A DNA stretch of 54,357 nt from Planctomycetales bacterium. GTDB taxonomy: Bacteria; Planctomycetota; Planctomycetia; Pirellulales; Pirellulaceae. The position numbers were made by a program, and so were the translations under genes. Location: positions 1 through 54,357 of the forward strand of contig JAGQPO010000148.1 of NCBI GenBank assembly GCA_020426665.1. Direction: 5' to 3'. This document shows, in pieces, positions 1-12,700 of this stretch. Numbering within the stretch: position 1 is the stretch's first letter; the number at the start of each line of letters is the position of its first letter. The notes under the pieces were generated by a model. It saw only the letters and a list, made by a program, of their open reading frames with translations. It was not told the origin of the DNA and made no database searches.

Positions 1-80
1 TTTGTCATTAGTTATTTGTCATTGGTTATTTGTCAGTCAGAAACCAATGCGATGACAGATGAGCAATGACAAACGACAAA
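1..80. repeat. Heptamer short tandem repeat arranged as an inverted pair (STRR-like)
   Basis: 1-35 reads TTTGTCA TTAGTTA TTTGTCA TTGGTTA TTTGTCA. 53-80 reads TGACAGA TGAGCAA TGACAAA CGACAAA, the reverse-complement heptamer. The array may extend left of the window. Confidence 0.75.
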
Positions 81-776
81 TCTGACGCCTTGGATGCCTC
101 GTCGATCGCTGGAAACCGCTCGAGTAGCACCACTTAAAAACAACCGACTTCCTGCGGTTCAGGCAACACGCGACGCGTCGCGAACGCAACCCCGGGAGGT
201 CGATGGATTTCTCCGTTGGCGACCAAGAGATCGACAGGGCGAATCGAATCGCCACTCGTGCTCGTTCAAGTCTGGCGTCAATCCAAGCCCAATACATGGA
301 TTTCATTGGAGTCAGGAATTCTTTCGGAAATCCGTGAGGGGCAACAGGGACTTGCCGGGAGTAAGTAGATGGGGGAGTCCGTTTTCTCGTGACGCCCTCG
401 TGAAGATCTTCACAGACGGAGCAGCAGCGTGAAGCACCATGGATCGGTGTGATCCCACTTGAGTGATCGGGTGGGAGCGAGGAAATCGAAATCTCCCTCC
501 TTACACTGGCTCCATTCATGCGTCTATTCAAACGCCCCGGCGGTATTTTTCCGCCTGGCAAGCTCGCCAAGGTCTTTACCTACCACAAAGATCCGGCGGA
601 AAAGTTTCTGGCCTTTGTGCAGTGGCACGCGCTCCTGTGCCAGGGACTAGAATCTCCATCTTTCCGACCCGCCATCTTCTCACGTTGTTGATTGCTCGAC
701 GTCAGCAACAGTCTGTCCTCCGGCCCACCCGCGGCGAACATTCGCCACGGCACCTTGAAAGAAATCAAGAAGATTC

Positions 777-3700
777 ATGACTCGCCCCACTGACAAGAAT
801 TTGTCTCTCAAGCAGCGTGCCTTAAAACATCGACGTCGCAGCAAAATCCGCCGCACGACAACCCAGCGAACAATGCTGCGATCGGGGATGGAACGCTTGG
901 AGGACCGCCGGTTGTTGGCAGCCATGTTGTTTAAACCGACCAACTCCAACACGACGGTGGAATTCAGTTTGGACGCAGGTGGGGGAGCGTTCCGTGTTGA
1001 TCGCGGTGCTGTGGTGGAAGCGGCCGGTGACAGTTCGCAACTGAAGGCAAGCGCCAAGGCCGGCGCGTATGATTTTTCAAATCTGGGCGCCTACCAGCCG
1101 GTCATCGTTTCGCTCGGCTCGAATCTGGTTGTCACATCAGGGAGTGAGTCCGTGACCGGCCCCAACCGACAGAAGCCCAAGGATCTGACACTGGGCGCTG
1201 CGGGCGACACGATTTACGTTTCGAACACGGGAACCTTAACAGGCAAACTAAACGCGGGCGGCGGTACGGATGTTCTCAGCTATACTGCGGCGCCTGGTGG
1301 TGGAACATCGGCTTCGTCGGCAAATGTAAATCTGGGAAACGCAGCATTTCAGCTTGGTGCCAATCCATCGCCCGGTGCGACGCTGATTACCGATTTTTCA
1401 AATCGCTGGACGACGGCAACACCAGCGATCCCCGCGAACAGCGCTAAGGGGTTCAAGACCCAGAGTGCAGGTGGCATCGAATCCGTCGAGGTGGTCGTCG
1501 GTGGTAAAAGCCACGACCTCATCGTCGGACAAGCAACGACGAATCGGCTTGCCGGTGGTTTAGGCAACGATGCGTTGGTTGGTGGACCGGCAAACGACAT
1601 CTTGATTGGCAACGGCGACGGGACGACGGCATTTTTAGACAAGTTGCGATTGGCCAATCCGACCAACAACAATGTCTTGAACGATTTTGCGCCCCAAGCC
1701 GGCCAAGGAAATTCGTTGCTGTCCGACGATAACGACATCTTGATCGGTTTGGCAGGCAACGATGTGCTGATTGGTGGTGGCGAATCGGACACGCTTGTCG
1801 GCGGCACCGGACGAGACACGCTGTACGGCGGGGCCGGAGACGACGTTTATGTCTTTGAAGATGGATGGGACGTTGACACGGTCAATGATATCGGAGGAAC
1901 GGACACGCTTGACTTTTCCCGAGTCACGCAGGCAATCACCGCCGTGCTTCAACCCGGTGGGGTCACGGTTACCGAAGGAAACAATAGCGTTCCCAATGTT
2001 TCAAATACCGATGTAATCGTTGGTGCATCGGCCGAGGGCAATCGATACGAATTTCACTATTTCCCGAATAAGTATCGCATTAACGATGGCAGCGGGTTTC
2101 GGGGTGTTCTGGATTTCACAAATGTCGCAACCGATTTGACAGTGCTGGTGAATCCCGCCGGTGAAGAAGGCGGGATCAACACGTTGGTGATCAGCGACGG
2201 AAACGGCAACACGATTCTTGCCACCAACATTTGGGAGGTGCTGGTCCATCCGGCACACACATTGACGCCTCGTGAGGGCGGAGGAGTGCTGCCACAGAAA
2301 CCGACCGGCGAGCTCGACTACCGCGACTCGCCATTGCCCGTGGCGATCAACATCGACAATGCACAGCGCACCGTGACGCCGCTTGTTCGAGCGGAACAAA
2401 TCGTTGCCGGGATACAAGGTGTTAACGAGGTTCAACGATTCCAGATTTCCTCCAGGACGATTCGGGGGGATTATCGCCTGGTATTGGGCACGCAATTGAC
2501 CGAACGCATTGCGTATAACGCGGGCGCGAATGCAATTGCGACTGCCCTGAACAAGATCTCATCGCGAACGAAACCGATCAGTGTGACGAGCGTTGCGGGC
2601 GTACCAGGCGGCCAGACCTTTGACGTGACGTTCCCCGTTGATTTCGAAAACCCGAGTCTACCGGACCTGTTGCAAGTTGATCCGTCGGGCCTGGTGCAAC
2701 GGGGAGCCGTGTCGTTTACGCCTGTGCCAGGCGATGCGAATTCTCTGTTCATTCACGCTGAAGCAAGCAGCGGGACGTTTCTCATTTCCAGAGGCGGGAA
2801 TTTCACTGGTGCGATCGATTACGATGCATCGGCGGGCACGTTGCAAGCTCAGATTTCGACGTTGCCGACTCTTCTCGTGACCAACGCTGAAAAATTGATC
2901 ACGGGACGATGGAAAGTCACGTTTCAAAATGCCGCGCCCGCGGATCTATCATTCCTTCCGGCGAACAAATTCGAGTTCAAGCCCAAGCAAAGTATCCCGG
3001 CGACGGTGCAAACCCCAGGTGTTGTCCCCGTCAAAGCGAAGTGGCGATTGTTCAACAACGGGATTGCCGGCACCTTTGACATCGATGCAACCGCGGCAGG
3101 TGCTTTGCGACCGGTGCGCGGGATCCCCTTCGATGCAAAAGCAACCGGAATCGGCAACGATGACCTGCAGAGTAAGCTGAAATCGCATCCGCAGATCAAT
3201 GAAGTCACCGTTGCCGGACAAGGAAGTTTGACGCACCCTTGGGTGATCACGTTCGAAGATCCCTATTACAACGTCCAATTGGATGTGTCCGACGGTGCGA
3301 CGGCCAATTTGTTGATGGATGCCGGTCCCCTTGCCATCACGCAGGAAACGGTTGGGAATTTTAAGGTTCAATTAATTTCGACGGTCGCCACCGAGGGCAG
3401 TTTCCACCTTCGCTACAAGAACCAGATCACGCGATCGATCGACGTTGGTGCGACCGCGGCGACCGTCCAAGCCCGGCTTCTTGCGCTCAGCCGTGTGCAT
3501 GACAAATCATTAACTGTGACGGGCACGGGGCGGCCGAATGACCCCTACCGAGTCGTCTTTGGCAACAACGAGCAAACGCGTCGAAGGCGAATCGCACTTC
3601 TTCATGCAAACGACGTGACGTTGTTGGCATCTTCGCTTCAACTCAATCCGCTGCTTCCGGGAAACAATCTCCAAAAGATCGTGGGAAGCCCATTTAGTGA

Positions 3701-6700
3701 CACGATCATTGGTGCCGGTCCGGCCATCGTTGACGGGTACGAAGGCGATGACAATTTGCAAGGCACCGCGTCCGCCGACATCTTGCGCGGCGGTGCTGGC
3801 CAGGATTTTGTTGTTGGCGGAGCTCAAAATGACTTGCTTGACGGTGGTGGTGAGGACGACCGGGTGCAAGGTGGTGACGGCGATGACTTGGCGATCGGCG
3901 GCGCGGGCCGCGACCAGTTGTTTGGTGACGACGGCAATGACATCCTTGACGGCGGTGCCGGACAAGACATCCTGGTCGGTGGTCAAGGCAACGATCTGCT
4001 TCTAGGCGGGTCCGAGATCGACGTCCTGATCGGTGGCCTCGGGAATGACGTGCTCGCCGGCGGCGCGGGCCCGGACGGTTATTCGTTCGAAGGCGATTGG
4101 GGGCACGACACCGTTGTTGAAGAACCGGGGATCAACAAGTCGCTTCAATCGAGCGTCGAACTTTCCAATCGCAAAGACCTGGAATTGCCACAAAGCGGCG
4201 AAGCAATTTCGCACAACACGCTGGACTTTTCGGCGATCCAAGAACCCGTCACGCACATTCTGTCCGACGGGACGCTGATCACGGGAACGGTTCCGGAACT
4301 CAGTCCCGGTGTCTACGCACCCTACGCATTTCCGTTGGAGCGGTCACAGGATTCGCTCAAGGGAGCGACGATTTCAAACGGCAAAGTACGTGTGCCTTTG
4401 TTGGGATTCTCGGCCGGACAGCGAGCATCGGGAATCGCCATTTTAGTCAGCGCAGTCGATAAGACACCCGCCAACGCATCCTTGAGCGCCGCGTTCAAGG
4501 TGCATCAAAAAGGTCGTTCGGTGGAGCTGAACATCGAGGGGGTCAGTCCGATCGGCGAAGGTGTTTTGGAAGATGTCAAGATGTTGCTGTTGATTGACCG
4601 CGGGAGCGGACAGCACGAGTACACGATCACGATACCCAAGGCGTCGCTTGATGCCAGTACTTCGCACGAAGACTTGCGGCAATTCGTTTCCCAGTCCCTC
4701 CAGATCGCTCGAGACTCGGCGGGCAATGTGGTCAATTTGCAAAACATCGGCGTTTCGATTGAAACAGAGAGCGCCACTTTGGGCACCAATTTGAAGTTCG
4801 TGGTCACACAGGACGGTACAACCACGAAACGCGTGGTGGAGGGGTCTAATGATGACATCGACGACTATCTTTTGCCGGCGAGTATTAGTGTTCTTCCGGC
4901 ATCGTCTGCCAACACCGTTGCGGTGACCAGCCAGGACAAGGGGCTTCGCAACATCGGACGGATCATTGCGCCGCCATCGAATAATACATTCCTGTTCGGC
5001 AATGATTGGGGCGGCGACTCACCATCGGACATCCTGTACAGCGTCGTTCCAAAAGTCAACAAGAAGGGCGAGCTGGTCATCGACACAAGCCGGGTTGTTG
5101 CGGGCAATCATGAATTGGTGCTCGATTTTAGAGCCGTCGGCAAGGAACTCAATTTTACGTTTCAAAAGGACGGCGACGGAAACACTCAACTGGTCATCGA
5201 ACGAGTCTTTGGCGGTACCGTTCCTTTCTTGGGCGTCGGCTACTCGACAACAGGTGACAAGATCATCGTCACCCATACCGACGCGAACACGACGATTTAT
5301 GGTGGACGACACAGCAATACGTACAGCGTCAGTGCTGGTGCCCAATATGCGGGAAAATTGATCGGAGGAACGGGTTTCACCAGACCACGCGGAATCCTGG
5401 AAGCCGGTAACGTGATCGAGGCTGGCATGTCCATCGATCTATCGGGACTGGACAGCTTTGCGGTCAGCAACACGCTGGATTACCCCTCCAGCCTGAAAAA
5501 CACTTTTGTCCAGACGCATCTCGGAAACGTCGGCGTCGGTGATTATCAAATCAAAGCCGGTGCGACCGGTTTCGTATCCGGAAACATCGAAAACATTGCC
5601 AATGTGACCGTTGGTGCCGGCATCAACCTGTTGGGAGGAACAAATCCCGGGGGAGGGAAACTAGGCGCCAATCACTTTACGGTTGGAGGCAATTTGGCTG
5701 TTCCGGCACCGGGCATTCATTTGATGTCGGGAGGCTTTGGTCCGGACACCTATGAGTTTCGCACGCCGATCTGGGGCGTTTCTGCCATCCTGGAACCCTT
5801 TGACGTGTCGATCGCCGGCGCAACGATCCCCGAGTTCTTTGACACGCTGAATTTTTCAGCTCTGTTCCAAGATCTGCACTTCACGGTGATCGAAGTCACG
5901 ACCGAAAACTTTTCAAAAGTCACCAACATCAGAAATGCAATTCTGGGACAAGTCGGAGAGCCGAACGACGGAGGTTGGGCCGGTTTTTCGATCGGAATGA
6001 ATGTGGTTTTCGTGACCAACCAGGAAGTGGATTTCAACAATTTAAACCCAACTGATCTGGCGGCGTTTTTGAATCTGGTGGTTGCGTCGGACATCGAACA
6101 CATCATCGGCGGTCGTGGCGTCAATACGTTTCACATGCTCAACGGCGCCGAGATACGCGGCACCGTGAGTGCAGGACTGGGAGGAAGTGTCGCGTTCGAC
6201 TACAGCAACTACATTCCCGTGCCGCCGCCCATCGTCGCCGGCGGGCAACAGGGAGTAAGGGTTGAACTGGGGTCGGGAAGCGACTACGAAATCTTCCCGG
6301 GACTGACGATTGAAGGATTCAATTTGATCCCGTCCCAGGTCTATCAATGGGGACGTGCAACGGGAATTCGCGGAAGTCGATTCGGTGGAATCGAAGACAT
6401 CATCGAAGACGCAGGCGGTGCAGCGCCGATCAGTCTGACCATCAACGTCAATGGCGGATCCGATCGGTTTAAAGACCAGGACACTTTCAGCATCGTATCA
6501 CCCGGCGGCACCACAACGACCGTCTTTGAGTTTGACAAAGCCGGCGGCGTCACGTCACCAAACATCGCCATCGACATCAGTTCGACGTTGACCGCCAGTG
6601 GCGTTCGGGATGCAATATTGGCCGCGATCACAGCGTCCGGGGCGGTCGGTGCTCTGCAGATTTCTCCCGTTGAAAATGGACTCACGCAGATTTACCTTGA

Positions 6701-9700
6701 CAATCAAGATGGAGTGGTTGTCAATGAAAACTTGTCGTCGCTCGTCATCTTGGAGACCGCCAAGACGACTGCCGACTTTGCTTTGATCTACGGCGTCGCC
6801 GCAGAGGGTTCACCGTATGACGATCTGCTGATCGGCAACTCAGGCAGCAACTTTTTCTACCCTGGCGGTGGAGCCAATACGGTCCTGGGGGCCAAAGACA
6901 CGATCGGAGGCGTTGGCTCCAATACGGTCAGCTACCGTGATTTTACTGAAAACGTCATCGTCAACCTCGATCGCGAGCAAGTCTTTTATGGAAACACGAC
7001 CTATTCGGATTTCCTGAATCTCAACGGCAGTGAACCACTGTTTTTTGATGACCCAGATCGAGACGGATTTGGTGTCATCAGTGGCGGTGCCGTCTTAACG
7101 CTTCAAGAACGGAGCCAGCCGAATGATCCATTTGTTTTGCAATATGGATCTCATTCGCTAACGCTGAATTTTGATGCGATCGGTTTTGACGCCGCAAAGA
7201 CGACAACGCTCGACTACATCCAAAATGCGTCGGGAACATCCGGCAACGATTTATTTATTGGCGCCAGGAATTCGACATTTGCTGCGGAGGAAGAAGCCGC
7301 GCAAGTCAATACGTACTACTTCGGGAATGACTGGGGGCATGACGTCGTCATTGATTACGACGGAAGTGACTCACAGAACATCTTGAATTTCACTGAGGTA
7401 CGAGGCGAGCAGGTCTATTACTTTGAAGTTGCTTCACCCGTCAACGGAGCGAAACATACGATCTTCTATACGACCGAGGATGGAGATCGATATGGCGTAT
7501 GGAAGGATACGGTATCGGCATTTGGTCATTTCGAAGGCGTTGACCTTGGTCCGGGAAATGCGTTTGTAAACGTGATCAAAGCGGGATTCAGCCGCGCGCC
7601 CGATGCGACGGCACCGCTTGCCGGCGAATCGCCACTTTCGGGAGAAGCGGATCCGCCTTTGGACGAAGCGGATCCGCCGTCGGACGAAGAGGTTCTGATG
7701 ACGGGGCTCTCGCAATTCGCAACCTGGGCCGGCGGTTTCGGAACGAAAATTGAAGAGGCACTGACTTTCGATTTGCCCTTTGTCGGCGACGAAGTCACGG
7801 TGGCGACCGACATCGTTGATGCAGCCAAAGACGTCACGGGGACGCTACAAAGTCGGATCGAAAATACGATCCAAGCGGCGTTTGATAACGCGACCGCGGA
7901 TCTGACATCGGACGACATCATCGCCCTGGACGATAGCGGTGATGGAAGCTGGTCAATTGACGCAGTTGTTTCGTCAAACTCACGAGAGTTCAGCGCGTCG
8001 ATTGATTTGGTCAGCTTCACTCGTGATGTGAGTTTGGATCTTAACGGCTTCTCCATCGGCGGATTCGACTTGCCGCTGGAGGTCAAGCAATCCGAGCCGG
8101 TCCAGTTCAAGGCTGCGGTATCGTTTGATTTTATCTTCGGGCTGAACGATGACGGCAGCTTTTTTGTACGCAATCCAACCGTCACCGGAAGTGTGTCGCT
8201 GGACCATGACAATCCGATCGACCTGTCGTTGGCCTTAGGCCCCGTAGGAATCGGAATTGTTGGCGGCACGCTGAAATTTGATGCCGGCATCTCATTCGGA
8301 ACCGACGGCATCGTCACCTTTGCTGCTGACGGAACGACCGACGCGACCATCGGCTCGCCCAGTCTGGGTGGGACAAGCAGCTACGAGCTTTACCTGCCGA
8401 TTTTCTTACAGGGGGCTCTCGCCGGGTTGCAAACGGAACCTGCATTGATCAGCGGTTCTTTTAACACCGGTGCCAATCCAGTTTCGATTAACCAAGGCCT
8501 TGGGATCGGCGCGTTCCTGAGCAGTATTCCGTCCAATATCAAAGCCGAGAACATGGAGGCGCTGCTCGGGCTGAAGGGCGTTTCCTTGGACGCCTTGTTG
8601 GCCGGGATTGACGATACGCTGACCACACTAGCGCAACCCGACAGTCTGGCATATCAGGACATTCCCGCAATCAACCAGAGCGTTGCGGAACTGCTTGGCG
8701 GTAGCGACGAACAACAGATGATTTTGATTTCCGGTTCTCCGGACGGCGGGTCGTTCACGTTGTCATATGACGGGAATGTGACGGCGCCGATCGCGTTCAA
8801 CGCGCCTGCTACGGGCGTGGGATCGGTCGAGGAGATTCTGGAATCGTTGGATGTGATCACCGATGTGACGGTCACCAGTTCCGAACCTGGAATTTGGGAT
8901 GTCACGTTTGTTACAGTTAACTCGAACGGGAATATTCTGAAACTCGGTTCCAACGGCGCTGGACTGACCGGGGGCACCGATCCGTCGGTGACCGTCTTCG
9001 GCGGCAATGGCATCGACGTGGTTCGTGGCGGCGTCCAAACTCTGCGTCGAGGCCTCAGTGATGCACAACAACTCGAGCGTGATCTGAATTTCTTGTTCGA
9101 CAGTGCGATGCAGTTGGACCGTTTCGTCAATTTGGAATTCAACGGCGAAACAATCTCGCTGATCAAATCCGATGTGGATGGCGCATTCCATTCGCTGACT
9201 GCTGTTTCGCCGGATTTAACCAGTCGTTCGACCGACGCCGAGATTGCGCTGGCGATGGCGTCCGATCTGCCCGAGTACTTCGCCCTCGTCAATGATCGCG
9301 ACGTGGTCGCCGCAAACGAACGGCTTCTTGCATTGGGGCTGGACAAGGACTCGACCGATCAGGAGATCGCTGAGGCCATCGCGGTGGCTGACGCACCCGA
9401 CCTGCTGTTGTCGTTGCGTGCCGATCGTGACACGGTTGCAGGCGCTCCCGGTGTTGTCTCTGCCGCAACACGTTTGGCACTGGTGGGGCTTAGTTTCAAT
9501 TCAACCGACGAAGACATCGAAACGACATTCGACAATTCAGAAGAAATCGCTGCCGCCAAGTCGGCTCGAGATCGGTTGCTGGAACCGCAATTGCCAGTTG
9601 ACGCCTCGGAAGGTGAGTTGGCGGTTGAAAAATTCGAGCGTGATCAGGCGTTAAACTTTTTGACGGTACGAGATTTGGTGACTGACATCGCGGACGTCGC

Positions 9701-12700
9701 CGGATTGACCGATCAGGCAATCGACGCGGCGTTGGCCAACGCAAACGATGGATTGATCGCAGCGGCGCTGGCGGATCGCGATACGATTCTGGCCGCTGGG
9801 GTCAATGTTTTGGACGCCATGGAACGTCTGGAACAGTCGGGGCTGAGCGGTGACTCAAGCGATCAAGCGATTGCTGTTGCGATTTGCGACCCGGCGCGGC
9901 TGGCTCAATCAAAGCTGGATCGCGACCTGATGTTCGAAACCACAATCGTCGTTTCGGAAGCGCTGACGCGATTGACAGCACGGACTCTGACACCGGCATC
10001 GACGACCGAAGACATTGCATTGTCGATCATCGATCCGGCAGTGTTCGACGCCCGCAAAAATGACCGAGACCTGTTGACGCTGTTTGATTCGGTCAAGCCG
10101 GTTGAATTCAGCTACGCCGAATCAATTCTGGCGATGAACGTGGACTTCCAAAAATCCATCCACGGCCCTTACGCGTTTGACGTCAGTCTGCAGGATCTTG
10201 TCGACGCCAGCCCCGACAGCATCAAAGATACCCTGGGTGCATTGATCGGAGATGGCGGGTTCTTGAACTTCGAAGCGGGCGGCGAGGTGCAAGTCGATTT
10301 TGACGGTGTCTTCGATCTCGGTTTCGGATTTGACTTGAATGATTTGAGTAATCCGAAATTCTATGTTCACGATACCACGACATTCGACTTTACCTTGGAT
10401 GTTGAAACGATCGAACCGTTGGATCTTGCTTTAACCATCGATGTTCCCATCATCGGAAAGGTCAAACTGTCTGCCGAAGATGCCTTCGCCGATATCAACA
10501 TGGCCGGGAATTTAAAGCTGAAGGACGACAGTGGGGATGACAACCAATATCTGATCAGCGAACTTGCCGGGGCAGCCGAGCAGTTTGCGTTTACCGGATC
10601 CGCGGTGATCGATCTGCCGTTGTTCTTTCCGACCGCCGATTCACCGCTGGGCGGAAGCACCGAAGATGGCAACGGGGACGGTTACGGAGACAACGTCCTG
10701 CACGTCGACATCGACTTTGATGCGAACAATGGCGGTACTCAGGAGTTCAATGTTATCGCGCCCGATTTGGTTAATCTGTTTGACATTTTCGGCTTCATCA
10801 ATGACCCACAGAACATTGTTGATGGATTAAACGCAACCTTCGACGGGTTGAAGGCCGGGATTGAAAAGTACTTCCTGAAACCGGACGGTACCCCGGCGTT
10901 CGCACTGCCGCTGGTTGGAGACGCGCTAGTCGATGCACCGGAGTTCATTACCGATCTGAAGCAGGATCTGTTCAGCCTGCGGCAACTGGACTTTGATGCG
11001 CCGGTCGATCCAGACAACCCGTTGCTGGACCTTGGTTCGAATTCCATCTACTGGCCGGAACACGGATTCACAGGCGGGGAGAGGGTGATCTATCAGGTCG
11101 ACGGCGGTTCGACGGCAATCACCGCTCTGACGCACAATGAAACCTATTTTGTGATCCCCGACGGCGTCGACCGCATCAAGTTGAGTCTTGTCGACGGCGG
11201 GGCTGCGATCAACATGACGGCCGCAGGAACGGGCGACCAACAATTGATCGTCGCGGACGGTTTGTTCGGTGTGCTGCTGGAAGGTGCCGACCGAGATCGC
11301 ACGACGATCGAGATCATTCGCGAGCAACTGGTGCTCGCGATCGGGGACCTGATGGCGACGGTCAACCCGACCACCGGAAACGTGATCGTTGATGCCAACG
11401 GAAAACCGATTCCGATCATTTCGACGGCGGAGTTGCAGGTTTTGAAGTCCGCCCTGGCCGCCGGTGACATGGATGCCGAAACACAACTCGCGAGTCTGTC
11501 AGACCAGGTACCGCTGACGGTTTCCAACGGTGAAATTCGATTCAATCTTTTGATCGCGGGAAATGTTTTCCGAAAAGTCTTACCGATCGATTTTGATCTC
11601 GCGATTCCGGGATTGGGATTGGACGTCGATTCCGACATCACGTTCAGCTTGGACTACCTGTTTGCGTTTGGATTTGGCGTCAACAAGAGCGGAATCTTTT
11701 TAGACACCAGCGGGGCAACCCCGACGGGCGAAGAAATCTCACTGACGCTTTCGGCGACCATCCCGAACGCCAGCGCCACGGCGCAACTGGGATTCATCAA
11801 ATTGGACATCTCCGACGTTCCGATTGATGCCAAGAACGCGGCGGGCGTTTTGCGGGACGACGGGTTTGCCAGTGGTTTGTTCGGGTCTCTGGAAATTGAT
11901 CTTCAAGGCGGCGGCGGGCGGTTGAAGGCGACCGAGATCAGTCAATTGGACGTCGAGGCCCGTTTGTCGATCGAGGCCGACGTCGATTTGGATGCGAAAC
12001 TGGCGTTGGGCGACGCTGCCAAGTTCCCGAGCATCATGACGACGATTCACTTTGACCAGACATTTGCCGAGGTCAAACTGAGCACCGCGGGCGGGTCGAG
12101 TTTGACCTTCGGTGGGTCGCCACGCTTTGTACTGGAGAACGTCACACTGGATTTGGGTTCGTTCATCAGCGAGTTCATCAGTCCGATATTGACGGAAATC
12201 AAAAAGGTCACCGATCCGTTGAAGCCGATCGTCGATCTGCTGAAGATGGAATTGCCCCTGTTGTCGGACCTTGGCCCCAAACCGGTCACGCTTGTCGACC
12301 TGGCGGCTTTGTTCGGAGGCAAAAAATTCAACCGAGGTTTCATCGATGCGTTGATCGCTTTGATCGACGTCGTCAATAGCCTGCCGGCCGATCCAGGTCC
12401 GATCATGATCGGGTTCGGCGACTTTGTCATCATGGATGGCAGCGGGGCGAACGATTTGCGAGACGGGACAAAGAAACTGTCTGATACGCCAAAGGACCAA
12501 AACAAAAACTACAATCTCGACAAAGAACTGAACAATCCATCGGGACAGGGATCGACCGGTGCCCCAGCGACGAAAAAGTCAAAGGGTTTCATCGGAAAGC
12601 TGGGAGGGTTGAAGGGAATCAGTCTGCCCATTCTGAAAGACCCGACCGCGATCTTCAGTCTGATCGCCGGCGACCCGGACGCCGATCCGATCACGCTGTT

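Noticed and set aside
623-642. TGGCACG as a sigma-54 promoter for the giant gene
   Set aside because: There is no GC at the required GG-N10-GC spacing on either strand; kept only as a palindrome.
100-776. Riboswitch (e.g. c-di-GMP) in the giant-gene leader
   Set aside because: I could not identify the conserved motifs by eye; an Infernal/Rfam scan would be needed.
37-780. Short overlapping ORFs upstream of the giant gene (37-570 -, 94-432 +, 463-780 +)
   Set aside because: Arg/Ser/Pro-rich, no recognisable motifs, mutually overlapping and running into the heptamer repeat; probably non-coding.
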